From an uncultured Actinomycetes bacterium (GTDB taxonomy: Bacteria > Actinomycetota > Actinomycetes > Streptosporangiales > Streptosporangiaceae), in contig CAWGIW010000004.1 in NCBI GenBank assembly GCA_963822825.1, positions 73,872 through 137,871 on the forward strand: a stretch of 64,000 nucleotides of DNA, read 5' to 3'. Both the position numbers and the translations under genes were made by a program. Of the stretch, positions 9,643-19,381 are shown in pieces. The notes beneath the pieces were generated by a model. The model ran no database searches, was not told where the DNA came from, and saw only the letters and a program-made list of their open reading frames with translations. Position 1 is the first letter of the stretch; each line of letters starts with the position of its first letter.

Positions 9643-9894
9643 TTCTCAGTTGGCAATGACGTAGATGCGGCGCCGTCAGTTGCCCGGCCCAGCCGCGAAG
9701 GCGGGCTTCCCCGCCGCTACGCTCCCCCCGACCCGTTGGTTCCCCTTCCGGTCACAGTACTCGCCGCCTCTTATCGGGCCCTTGCAGGCGCCCTTTATGC
9801 GGTGATTTGCCAGCACGCCCATTGAGCACGGCCATGAAGATCTCGTGCCATGGCGGCGGGCGCTGCCGCCTGATCGATGACGTGGGCTAGCGGC

Positions 9895-9931
9895 GGCGGG
9901 GCGGCCGGGTCCAAGCCCCGGCCGCCCCGCC
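9895..9931 (-). terminator. GC-rich hairpin (15-bp perfect stem) just 3' of the HAF-like repeat gene
   Basis: ggcggggcggccggg (9895-9909) pairs with cccggccgccccgcc (9917-9931). There is no U-tract, which is common in actinobacteria. Confidence 0.45.
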
Positions 9932-9949
9932 ACCGCTTATTTCACCGGC

Positions 9950-11239
9950 TTACCAGTGACTCGGCTGCTGACTCGCACCCGACGTTGGCACCGATGCCCC
10001 GGCCGGCGCGACCGCCGGAACCGACGTCGTCGGGGTCACGGTCGGAGTGACGGCCGGTTTCACGGTCACCGTCACGGACTGGGCCAGCCTCGGAGCGAAC
10101 GGCGCCGTGAAGCGGCCGGCCGCCAGCAGCAGGCCGTCGGTGTTCCCGGCGGCGTCGGTGTAGAAGCCGACGAGTTCGCCCGCGTTGTTCACGCCATTGA
10201 TCGTGGTGGCGCCGACGCCCAGCGGATCGCTCACGGTCTTCCACCCGCCCCAGCTGGTCCAGGTGAACCCGAAGGTCTTGGCGGCGGAGCCGCTTCCGTT
10301 CGTGTAGGTGCCGACCACCTCACGCGAGTCGTTGACCCCGAAGGCCTGGGTCATCGTGGCGCCCGGGAAGGCCAGCGTGGTGAGCCTGCCGTTCGGGTAC
10401 AGCAGGAAGGCCTTGACCACGCCCGCGGAATTGGTGAAGAACCCGGCGATGTCGCCCGCGTTGTTGATGGCCGAAGCGGTAAGGCTGGCCGCGCCCCAGA
10501 TGTAGATGGAGTGGAACCTGTGCCGGATGATGCTGTAGGTGTAGCCGTGGTTATTGCCCTTGGCGTCGGTGTAGAAGCCCACGGCGACGTCCGAGTCGTT
10601 CACGCCGAGGAGCTGGTTGACCGCCGGGCTGGCGTTGTTCGTGGTGGGGAAGTTGACGAGGTGGAAGCGGCCGCCCCAAGTGTAGAAGCCGAAGTTAGGG
10701 TTCACCATGCTGGCCGTGTTGTGGTTCGACGAGAAGCCGACCGTCACGCCGAAGTCGTTGAGCCCGGTGACCTGAGTCTGGGTCGAATCCGGGACGTTCT
10801 CATTCCTGTACCAGGATCCATCGCGTGACGCATTCAGCAGGTACCCCTTGTTCGGGTGGCCCTGCGCACCTGATCCGAAGTACCCAGCGATGAGCCCGTG
10901 GTTGTTGATCCCCAGCAGCTGGTTGAACGTCGGGTCGTTCTGATTGTTCAGCGTACTGAAGGACCAGATGCTCGCGGTGTGCGAGCTGAACGTACGGTGC
11001 GCCTGGGAGCTGGACGTCCCGCGCTCTTGGGAACTGGACGTCCGGTGCTCTTGGGAACTGTTCGTAGCGTGCTCGCGGCTCGAGTGATCCGACAGGCTGA
11101 TCTTTCCCGTCCCATTAAGGACGAGCGCGCCGAGTACGCTGCCGACGGCGACGGCGGCAATGCCGCCCATTATCATTTTCGGTCCGCGCTTCCCCGGTCC
11201 ACGCTTCCCGGGTCCGGCCTCGCGATACTTCGTCCTCAC
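9950..11239 (-). CDS. secreted repeat protein (HAF-family-like extracellular repeats, probable beta-propeller)
   Basis: N-terminal TM/signal region, then recurring G(I/V)N(D/N)xGxxxG(F/Y)(Y/F/T) units (LGINNHGLIAGYF, GLNDFGVTVGFS, GVNDSDVAVGFYT, INNAGDIAGFFT, GVNDSREVVGTYT, GVNNAGELVGFYT). Confidence 0.6.
   Translation of the reverse strand: MRTKYREAGPGKRGPGKRGPKMIMGGIAAVAVGSVLGALVLNGTGKISLSDHSSREHATNSSQEHRTSSSQERGTSSSQAHRTFSSHTASIWSFSTLNNQNDPTFNQLLGINNHGLIAGYFGSGAQGHPNKGYLLNASRDGSWYRNENVPDSTQTQVTGLNDFGVTVGFSSNHNTASMVNPNFGFYTWGGRFHLVNFPTTNNASPAVNQLLGVNDSDVAVGFYTDAKGNNHGYTYSIIRHRFHSIYIWGAASLTASAINNAGDIAGFFTNSAGVVKAFLLYPNGRLTTLAFPGATMTQAFGVNDSREVVGTYTNGSGSAAKTFGFTWTSWGGWKTVSDPLGVGATTINGVNNAGELVGFYTDAAGNTDGLLLAAGRFTAPFAPRLAQSVTVTVKPAVTPTVTPTTSVPAVAPAGASVPTSGASQQPSHW
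10979..11074 (-). repeat. 24-bp in-frame tandem repeat x4 encoding SSQE(H/R)xTS octapeptides
   Basis: ttgggaactggacgtccggtgctc and its variants are repeated head-to-tail. Confidence 0.8.
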
Positions 11240-11552
11240 TCAAGATCCCCTTTCCATGCGTCTCGATACGTAGCTTTTGGGTCCGCTCCCGAAGCTGGCA
11301 TCACAACTGCGGCTAGGGGCCACCGACCTCCTCCGCAACGGTTCGCAGCACGTACGGCGATCTACGGTGATCTACACAGCGGTGTGTATGGAAGTGATCA
11401 CGGAGATGACGCTAGCGGGCCAAGGCGGCCATTCCGGCCGACTCCGGGCCCGGGTTCGCGGACTGTAATATCTGACCTGCGATCCGCACGTTCCGGATCA
11501 CTTCCTCGATACGGGCCACGCACGGCGCTAGCCGGGTCAGGCCAGCAGGGGG

Positions 11553-11625
11553 AGCCGGTGAGCGGATTCGAACCGCTGACCTGCCGTTTACAAGACGGCT
11601 GCTCTGCCAACTGAGCTACACCGGC
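11553..11625 (-). tRNA. tRNA-Thr (anticodon UGU)
   Basis: The reverse complement folds as a cloverleaf: GCCGGTG / TA / GCTC-AGTTGGCA-GAGC / A / GCCGT-CTTGTAA-ACGGC / AGGTC / AGCGG-TTCGAATC-CCGCT / CACCGGC-T. The anticodon is TGT. No CCA is encoded. Confidence 0.95.
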
Positions 11626-11811
11626 GGGAGACTCCGTGCATGCTAGCCGACCCGCGGACCCGACCCGCGCATCCCGTGCCCGACCTGCGTATCTGCCTCT
11701 GAGTTCTGCATCGGGAGCGTTGCCGTGGCTCCAGCCCGGCCGCTGCCACCTGCTTGTCCGGCTAGTCCCGGCTCTCCCGGCCAAGACCCCGCTCAGGGCC
11801 CGGACACCGCA

Positions 11812-11843
11812 GGCCAGGACCCCCGGGGGGGATGGTCCTGGCC
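11812..11843 (-). terminator. hairpin 3' of the glycoside hydrolase gene
   Basis: ggccaggacc (11812-11821) pairs with ggtcctggcc (11834-11843), with a 12-nt loop. Confidence 0.35.
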
Positions 11844-11862
11844 TCCGCTCGGTGCCGCTTGG

Positions 11863-14800
11863 TTACGGTTCGGCGGTGGTTTTTATCTGCAACGGCGCCA
11901 CGGTTATCTGGTCAATGTTCGGCGCGGAACTCGATCGCAGCGGCTGCCCAACCCCACTGCCCGAGTAGATGACCCCGATCGTGGTGCCGTCGTAGTTGTA
12001 CTGCTGGTTGGCGATGAACTTGATGGTGTTGGCGCCGCGCCGGAGCATTACCGGAATCGTGAGATTCCAGAACTGATTCCAGTTGAAGGTGCTAGCGAAG
12101 TTGACATGGAATGTGGGCGCGCCGTTGACGCTGATGTCGGCTGGGTCGGTCATTAGGTCCGGGTTGTAATGCGTGGCCACTACCTGCTGGTTGTTGGCGA
12201 ACCGGACGGTCATCCCGTAGGTGCCGGTCACCGGCGCGCGCACGGTGAGGGTCAGTGAGTTAGCTGGGCCGTCGCCGATACCCGTGACTACGCCGCCGTT
12301 GGCCTGGCTGTAGCTGTTGTTAACCTTGGCCGTGCCGGTCAGCGTGCCGTCCTCGGCCTGGTAGGTAGTGACGTCCGGCTGGACGGCCGGACTCGTGGAG
12401 TCGACCGGGGTGACGGTCAGCTTGTCGAGCGTCACCTCGCCGCCATCGCCGGTGACCGCGACCTTGTTGATGCCCGCGCTCAGGTACACCCGGTCCCTCT
12501 GGGTGGACCAGTTCCGCGTGCTGGCACCGCCCAGCCGTCCGTCCAGGGACAGCGTGTTGACGGCGACCCCGGCCGTTCCCCCGCCCTTGGAGCGGAAGGC
12601 CAGATCCGAGTAACCATCGGCGGCGGAGTACACCCAGAACGTCGCGCTCTGGCCACGGCTCAGGTCGGCTGCCCCGGCGCCGGACTGGCCCTGCGCGCGG
12701 TAATCGGTGGTGGCGCCTTCGAGGCTGGCCTGCTCCGCCTCGTAGATGGTCGAGTCCTGGACGGCTGGATCGTTGAGCCGAAGGTCGATCTTGTTGATGA
12801 TGGCGTCGCCGTTCGTCGCGGCGCCGTTGGCCCCGGTGGTTGACAAGCTGATCTGGTGCTGGCCCGCGGTCAGGTGGACGGTGGTGTCGACGTGGTTCCA
12901 GATCACCCAGTTGTATCCGACCGGCAGCCAGACCTCCTGTGGGTTTGCGCCGTCGGTCCGGACGAAGATGTTGGTCGGGCCGGACACGTCGGTGGCGGCC
13001 GAGTTGCTCCCGTCGAAGATGGACAGGTTGTAGTCACCTGTCCGTGGCACATCCACGTTGAACGTGATGACCGTGGAAGAACCCGTCCGCAGCCCGCCCA
13101 CATCCTGCTCGCCAGCGGTGGCGAACCCGCCCAGGTTGCTGGGTGTCCCTTCGGTGTTGATGTTCCAGCCGGTGCCGGTGAGCGTGGCCTGCGAAGCCAG
13201 GTAGCTGTGGAGCCAGGTGTTGTCCGCCGGGGTCGCCGAGCCGGTCCCGCCCGGGGCCAGGATGACCTCGTAGGCGTCCATCGTGGGCGGTGACGCTGGC
13301 CTAGAGATGATCGTCCCGTTACGCCCGTTGCCGGACGAGTCGATCGCGGTGGCACCGCCAGTCTCGTCGAATTTGTACCACGCGACGTTGCCGGCGCCCG
13401 GCTGGCCGCCCGCGAGGGCGGCCACCTGGGCGGCGGTCAGCGCACTGTTGTAGATCTGGAAGTCGTTGACCGTCGCGGCCAGGTAAGGGTCGCCCGGGTA
13501 CTGCGACCGCCCGATCCAGTCCTGGGTCGTGTCACCGAGAGCTGACGGGTTCAACGTCATGTTGGTGTTGGTACCGACCGCCGTGCCGTTGACATACAGC
13601 GTCCCGGTCGTGCCGGAGAGCGTCACCGCCACGTGCGACCAGGTGTTGAGGGGCAGTTCCCCGGGCCGTTGATCTGCTGCTCGCCGCCGCCGCCGCTGGT
13701 GGTGATGGCGAACCGCAGCGGGCCGCCGCCCGCGTTCAGCGTCAGGAACATGTAGTCGTTGGTGCCGGTGCCGAAGTCGAACACCCGTGACCAGGCCGTG
13801 TCCTGTGAGGGATTGACCCACGCCGAGATGGTGAAGTCGCTGAGGCCCTGCGTGATGCCGGACGGCAGGTTCACGTATTCGTTGTTGCCGCACAGGCTCA
13901 GCGCGTTGCCGATCTTGCCCGCGACCCTGGGTCCGGTGGCGGTGCACGACGCGACGTTGCCGCCGGCCCCGTCCCCCTGGTCGCCGCTGGTCACCGGGAG
14001 CGTGATCGAGCCGGTCGCCCCGACCCGCACGTCCGAGTCGAACGTCCGGGTCGGCTGCGCCGCCGCACCCGTCATGCCGCTCCACCGGTCTTGCAGGACC
14101 GTGGCATGCACGGTGCGGCCGAAGATGGCCGGGTCGATGTGGTTGACGGTCACGCCCTCCGGCCCGGCCGCCCCGCCGCCGAGGATGATCCGCGCCTGCT
14201 TTTTCGCCCGGTCGAGGGTGGCCAGTCCCTGCAGCGTGTCGTCGGTGTTGCCGTGCGGCGGGGTCACCGCCACGGTGCTGCCGGTCAGCGAGGCGTACCA
14301 GTTAAAGAGCCACCACTGGGCGTTCGGGATGTTCTGCTGCGCCACCGAGTCGCCCAGCGACCCGTTGATGTTCCAGTACGCGAGATCCCCGTTGACCTTC
14401 TCGGCCTCGAGTGCCGACAGCCACGCGACCATCTGCCCGGGGCTGGTCAGCTGGTACCGGGCCGCGTACTCGTCGAGGTTGACCGGCAGGTGACGCGGCA
14501 TCCCGACCACGGCTTCCAGCGCCCGGTAAGCCGCCACGTCGGTGCGCACGGTGGAGGCGACCTGCAGCTCATGCCACGTCATAACGTTGGGCAGGCACTT
14601 GTTCGCCATGCAGAACTGCAGGAACGAGCCCAGCGCGGCTGGGAAGAAGCTGCTGAAATTCGGCCCGGCGATCCGCGCCTGCGGCCACAGACCCTTGATG
14701 AAGTTGAAGGTCTGCAGCCATTCGGCCTCGAACGCGGCGAGCGTGGTGGCGTTGGTGGTCAGTCCCGCGAACCAGTTGCCGTCCGGCTCGTTGTAGGGCA

Positions 14801-15254
14801 CCAGGATGATGCGGTTCTTGTAGGGGGACGTCAGGACCTGCTCGACCTCGGTCTTCATGTAGCCCTGGTACTGCGCGTAGCTGGTCCGCTCGTATGGGAA
14901 ATTGCGGTATACGTCGGTCATGTAGATAAAGACATCCCGGCCGCCGCTGGCGGCGAACGGCTTGGCGATCTCGAGCGCATCCGACCCCGGATGCTGCTGG
15001 CCGTCCTGCGCCTTCGTGTCCGTGGTCTGCAGGCCCATGCCCTGGATCAGGTTGTTGCTCGGCACGCCCTGGTCGTAGATTCCGTACAGGCTGCCCGACG
15101 CGCCGCCGGCGACCGGTCCGGTCGAGGCACCCAGATTCACGACGAGGTCATTGGGGGCGGTCGTGGCGCCTCCTGATGGTGCCGCCGCCGTGGTCAGGAC
15201 TAATCCCGACGCGGCCAGAATGACCGCCGCCGCGGTGGCTAGCTGCTTCCTCAT
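11863..15254 (-). pseudogene. large secreted glycoside hydrolase (clan GH-A-like catalytic domain + LamG/ConA-like domain + several CBM6/35-like modules), one apparent frameshift near 13659
   Basis: ORFs 13623..15254 and 11863..14085 join at ...GGGEQQINGPG|ELPLNTWSHVAVTLSGTTGTLYVNG if one G is added in ccgggg. Other supporting elements are a signal peptide, the NEPD and TWHEL motifs, and repeated YEAEQA / YQAEDG CBM starts. Confidence 0.7.
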
Positions 15255-15786
15255 CGGCTATCTCGCTCTCTTGGTCCGGGCCGGTGCGATGCGATGCGGT
15301 AGCTCCGCCGGGAGACTGGCGTCCGGGCTCCTCAACTGCTGGTCGCGTGCCGTGCGGCGATAGCCTCAACCCTCCGGCTGCGGGCGACCAAACACTGAAA
15401 TCTGGTCCTGGGCGTTCTGCTTCTCATGCCAAGATCCTTGACTCGCGCAACGCCATGCGTGCTCGCGCCGATCGTCTGACCTGCGCTCTCACGCGTCTCA
15501 CACGAACGAATTGCCTTGATCTATCCGACCGGGCACCGGGCTCCAGTTCGGCTGTGGGGCGGAGGAATACGTTTGCCTCGGACCCTAGAGCGCGTTAGAT
15601 GAGCGAGTCAAGCCTTTCGTCCTGTATCACGATGATCTGTCAGAGCCCACTCCCACGTGATCATGGAAGAAATCCTTTGCCTGGCGTAACACAGGCGTCT
15701 CACCGACCATAGCCAGCGCCAAGCCGGAGCCGGAGCCGGGGGCGCCGGCACCGAGTATCCGCGAATTGAAGAGCGCTCTTCTAATC

Positions 15787-16377
15787 GTGGATAGACGTCC
15801 GACGCCGCCGCTCTTGCCCATCTTGCGCTCCCAGCAGCAGGGCGAGATCCTTGCCCTGCTGCTGGGAGATCCTGACCTTGAGCTCAGCCTCACCGAGATT
15901 GCATAACGGACCGGCACCCCTCATCCATCGGTCTACCGGGAGATCCAGCGTGCGGAACAAGTCGGCCTGGTCAAACCCAGAAAGTGGGAAACATCCGACT
16001 AGTCCGGGCGAACACCGCCAGCCCGTACTATGTCGGCCTTGCTGACGTCCAGACGAGGGCCTTTGGCGTTCCTGCCGTCATCGCTGACGCCCTCCGGCCG
16101 GTAAGAGGTATTAGCGAGGCCTACATCTACGGATCGTGGGCCTCCCGGCATGAAGGGCAGACCGGTGAGCGTCCCGTAGGAGACATCGACGTTCTACGTC
16201 CTCGGTGAACCAGACCGGGATCAGCTCTATGACGCGCTCAGCGCGGCTGAAGGCCGTCTCGGAAGGGCCGTACAGGCCACAATCCGCGCCGCTGGCTGGC
16301 TGCATTCGGGGTCGGGGTCGTTCCACGACACGGTGACTAGCCGGCCGCTGCTAAGGCTGTCTCTTCTCCGAGATTAG
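15787..16377 (+). pseudogene. decayed winged-helix (ArsR/MarR-like) + minimal nucleotidyltransferase fusion gene
   Basis: LLPILRSQQQGEILALLLGDPDLELSLTEIA is followed by a TAA at 15904, then RTGTPHPSVYREIQRAEQVGLV. A frameshift near 15975 leads to VGNIRLVRANTASPYY...YIYGSWASRHEG...DIDVL. A further 1-bp insertion near 16195 leads to VLGEPDRDQLYDALSAAEGRLGR. Confidence 0.6.
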
Positions 16378-16405
16378 CCAAATGTTGGCCCTATGGGGTG
16401 ATCGT

Positions 16406-17332
16406 TCAGGCGGGCAGGGGTTCGCCCTTGAATACTTCCCGGGTGTGCCAGGACACATGGACAGCCGCTGGAACGGCCGTGCCGGGTCGCGGCGCCAGCC
16501 CTCGCCCGTGCAGGTCATACACCGCGCGGCCGGCCGGCGTTCGTGCGCTGAAGGCGGCGGACACCTGGACGCGGAGCGTCGCGTCCAGGCCCAGAACGCC
16601 CAGATCGAACAGTTTGTGGTGCAGAACGCACAGGGCCATGCCGTTGTCGAGGGCGTCCGGGCCGTCGAAGGCGAACCACCGCACGTGCGCCGCGTCGATC
16701 CCCATGCTGGCCCCGGCGAGTTGCCCGTCATAGCCGCAGAACGCGCACTGCCGGTCCCATCCGCGCAGTACGGCGGCCCGCCATCCGGGGCTGCGCCGCC
16801 GCTCAGCCAGCGCGGCATCGGGTCCCGGTAGAACGCCGCTGGCACCAAGCACCGCTTCAGGATCCAGGCCGGCCGCCTCCAGGACATCTGCCGCAACCGT
16901 CTCGGGGAAGTTGCTCAGCACCAGTTCCCGGGCGGCCGCGCTGACCAGTTGCGGACTGGCCAGCAGCGCGGACTCGACCGACGCCTCGAACTGGCCGACG
17001 ACGTGCCGCTCGGCGAGAGGCGTGACCAGATCCATCTGCACGTCCTGGTCGAGCACCCAGACCCCGTCCGCGCGCAAGCGGGTAAAGGGATAGGCGGCGC
17101 TCTGCGCCCGGCCGGTTCCCGACGGCGGCCCGAACTCCGCGATCAGGTCGGCCAGGGCCGCCTCGGCCGAGGACCACGGCAGTTCACTAGACCCCGTCGT
17201 GGCCAGACGGCCCAGGGCCAGCAGGACAAGGAGCGGCTTGTGCGGGGATCGCCGCCCACGCTGCCGGTGCTGGCGCAGCGACCCGAGCCGGGCAAGCACA
17301 TCCGCCGCCTCGCTGCCGGTGGGGGAATGCAC
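16406..17332 (-). CDS. HNH endonuclease with N-terminal modified-DNA reader domain; resembles short SBD-HNH (phosphorothioated-DNA-binding) type IV restriction enzymes
   Basis: N-terminal SPHKPLLVLLALGRL and AAYPFTRLRADGVWVL. The C-terminal HNH region is CAFCGYDG...IDAAHVRWFA...DNGMALCVLHHKLFD. Confidence 0.65.
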   Translation of the reverse strand: MHSPTGSEAADVLARLGSLRQHRQRGRRSPHKPLLVLLALGRLATTGSSELPWSSAEAALADLIAEFGPPSGTGRAQSAAYPFTRLRADGVWVLDQDVQMDLVTPLAERHVVGQFEASVESALLASPQLVSAAARELVLSNFPETVAADVLEAAGLDPEAVLGASGVLPGPDAALAERRRSPGWRAAVLRGWDRQCAFCGYDGQLAGASMGIDAAHVRWFAFDGPDALDNGMALCVLHHKLFDLGVLGLDATLRVQVSAAFSARTPAGRAVYDLHGRGLAPRPGTAVPAAVHVSWHTREVFKGEPLPA

Positions 17333-17429
17333 TCACCAAGCCTCCCACCCCCAGCGGGCCGAAGACCGCTAGGGGCAGTTGCCGCCCGTCCAGCGATCCC
17401 AGGGCGACGCCAGACGGCCTACGCGCCGG

Positions 17430-18110
17430 TTAAGCAGGCGGCCGGACCTCCACCAGCGGTGCTCCGCGGTCGGCGAACCAGCGCTGAAGGTCGGCGCCAT
17501 CGAGAAGGTGCGGCGAATCTGTGCCGACATCGATTGGCCCGTCGACCATCCCCTTGGTCTCCTCCACCAGGCCGCCCGCGAGTCGGGCCTCATCAAAGCC
17601 AGTTGAGTAACGGCTCTGGCCAAACGTGCATTGACGCAGATCGGCGCCCCGCAGATCCGCGCCGGTAAGCCGGGCTTGGCCGAACTGGGTCTCACGGAAA
17701 TCGGCTCGCCGGAGATCGGCATCCTCGAACTCGGACCGGTCAAGGTCCGCGCCGCGCAGGAACGCGTCCTGGGCGTCACAGGCGCGTCCTTCAACCTTCC
17801 GCAGGTCGCAGTGGGACAGGTCGGCGCCACGCAGGACCGCCCCGATCAGCCAGGCGTGGTAAAGATCCGCTCCCACGAGACGCACGCCGCTCAGGTTGGC
17901 GTCACTGAGTTCCGCTTCCACAAGGTCGAGACCGGACAGGTCGGCTCCCCTGAAGTCAAGGCCCCCGCCGTTGAGCAAGGACGCAACCGTCCGCGAGTCG
18001 TCGGGCAGTTTCTCGAGGGAGTCGAAGTAGTCTTCGAGCCTCCGGCGCGCGGCCGGGTCGTCGGGCCAGCGGCGCACGTTCTCGCGTGAGCGACCGTGCG
18101 TGATGGTCAT
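17430..18110 (-). CDS. pentapeptide-repeat protein; candidate immunity protein of the upstream toxin
   Basis: Consecutive A(D/N)Lxx pentads run across residues ~55-180 (GADLSGLDLVEAELSDANLSGVRLVGADLYHAWLIGAVLRGADLSHCDL...). The ATG at 18110 overlaps the toxin stop (ATGA). An alternative start lies at 18137. Confidence 0.8.
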   Translation of the reverse strand: MTITHGRSRENVRRWPDDPAARRRLEDYFDSLEKLPDDSRTVASLLNGGGLDFRGADLSGLDLVEAELSDANLSGVRLVGADLYHAWLIGAVLRGADLSHCDLRKVEGRACDAQDAFLRGADLDRSEFEDADLRRADFRETQFGQARLTGADLRGADLRQCTFGQSRYSTGFDEARLAGGLVEETKGMVDGPIDVGTDSPHLLDGADLQRWFADRGAPLVEVRPPA

Positions 18111-19381
18111 GATCCCCACACTACCTTTCCCTGCCATTCGGGATGGTCGGCCACGACCTGCTGCAACTGGGCCAAGCGGCCCGGCGACATCCCGTCGGGA
18201 TCGAGCATGACATTCTCGCCGATCCCCAGCGACTTATTGATCATCGATGTGAAACCTCCGGCAGATTGGGGGTTGCTGATAGGTCGCCCCGCATCGGCCT
18301 TGTAGCTGGGCTGGAAGTCAGGTGAGCTCTTGACGTCCCATCGCTGGCCGACGCCGTCAAAGAATTCACCTTGGTCTTTTCCGAAAGCATCGAGTGGCGC
18401 GCGGCTGATCGGTCCCGGAACCTGGCCGTCGGCCTCCAATTGCAACCCAACCTGCGCCTCCCGCACGGATGCGGGTCTAGATGCCCCACCGTGTGCGGGG
18501 TCTTTCGAGAGTTCCGAAATGCGGGCCTGGTATTCCGGCGTGCCGGGCGTGTACTGCGGGTCGGAGGAGGGTGAAGTACCGCCCGGTCCGCTATCGGCGT
18601 TCACCGGATCGACATGATCGTCACCGGCCGCGTGGCTCGCCAGGTCGCCCGCCGACGCCATCATCAGGCCGCCGCCGGCCACCACCCCGGCCGTAGTGAG
18701 CACGTTGATCGGGACCCCGGCAACGGCGCCCACGCCCGTGGCGTCGAGGACGAAGCCCGCACCGTCGCCGATGGCGCTCACCCCGGCGAGCATGGCGCCC
18801 CCGGCCATTCCGAGGCCGTCGAGCGGATGATTGATCATGGCATTGCCGAGCGAGGCCAGATCGTCGAGCGCGCTGGCGCCGACCTGCTCGGCGTCATGCC
18901 CGAGCCCTTCGAAGAAGTGACCGACGTCCGACCAGAACCCGGGCCTGCGCGGGGCCTGGTCGCGGGCCTGGCCCACGACGGCGTTGGCGGTGCCCGCGGC
19001 GTCGGCCAGCTGACGGCGAGCATTCTCGAGGGTGGACTTCGCGGCGTTCTTGTCGCCCTGATTCCACTGCTGGATCGCGGCGCCCGCCTGCTGCTGCGCC
19101 CACTCCAGCGTCGGAATGTACCGGTCGAGCGCGCTGGCAGCGTCCTGGAAACAGCGGCCCGCGATCAGCCACCGCTCCGGTTCGCCGTGGAAGCGCTGCC
19201 GGAAGGCATCGCCCGCCGCGCCACTCCAGCCGCCGGTGGTATCGATGCGCTTCAGGCCGTTCCCAGCCTCGGTGAGTACGGTGCTGTAGCCGTACATTTT
19301 GCCTGCCACCTGGGCGATCGAGCCCGCATTCCCTGGGACTAAGTTCTGGGGGTCGCTGGTCTCGCCGAGCTGCATCACCAT
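18107..19381 (-). CDS. T7SS-type polymorphic toxin: WxG-containing N-terminal secretion-signal domain, Gly/Ala-rich linker, C-terminal PD-(D/E)xK-like (restriction endonuclease fold) toxin module
   Basis: The N-terminus reads LGETSDPQNLVPGNAGSI...GGWSGAAGDAFRQRF...LDRYIPTLEWAQQQ, and the linker reads GMAGGAMLAGVSAIGDGAGFVLD.... The C-terminus reads REAQVGLQLE...FFDGVGQRWDVKS. The start (19381 or 19375) overlaps the upstream stop. Confidence 0.7.
   Translation of the reverse strand: MVMQLGETSDPQNLVPGNAGSIAQVAGKMYGYSTVLTEAGNGLKRIDTTGGWSGAAGDAFRQRFHGEPERWLIAGRCFQDAASALDRYIPTLEWAQQQAGAAIQQWNQGDKNAAKSTLENARRQLADAAGTANAVVGQARDQAPRRPGFWSDVGHFFEGLGHDAEQVGASALDDLASLGNAMINHPLDGLGMAGGAMLAGVSAIGDGAGFVLDATGVGAVAGVPINVLTTAGVVAGGGLMMASAGDLASHAAGDDHVDPVNADSGPGGTSPSSDPQYTPGTPEYQARISELSKDPAHGGASRPASVREAQVGLQLEADGQVPGPISRAPLDAFGKDQGEFFDGVGQRWDVKSSPDFQPSYKADAGRPISNPQSAGGFTSMINKSLGIGENVMLDPDGMSPGRLAQLQQVVADHPEWQGKVVWGS

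Noticed and set aside
11553-11625. tRNA-Thr as the attachment site of an integrated element covering the accessory stretch.
   Set aside because: No integrase or recombinase gene was found, and I could find no direct repeat of the tRNA 3' end. A large ordinary glycoside hydrolase gene lies between the tRNA and the accessory genes.
15627-15917. A 96-aa minus-strand ORF as a possible partner (toxin/HEPN-like) of the decayed wHTH-nucleotidyltransferase gene.
   Set aside because: It overlaps the 5' part of that gene in antisense, has low-complexity S/R/G composition and shows no recognisable motif.
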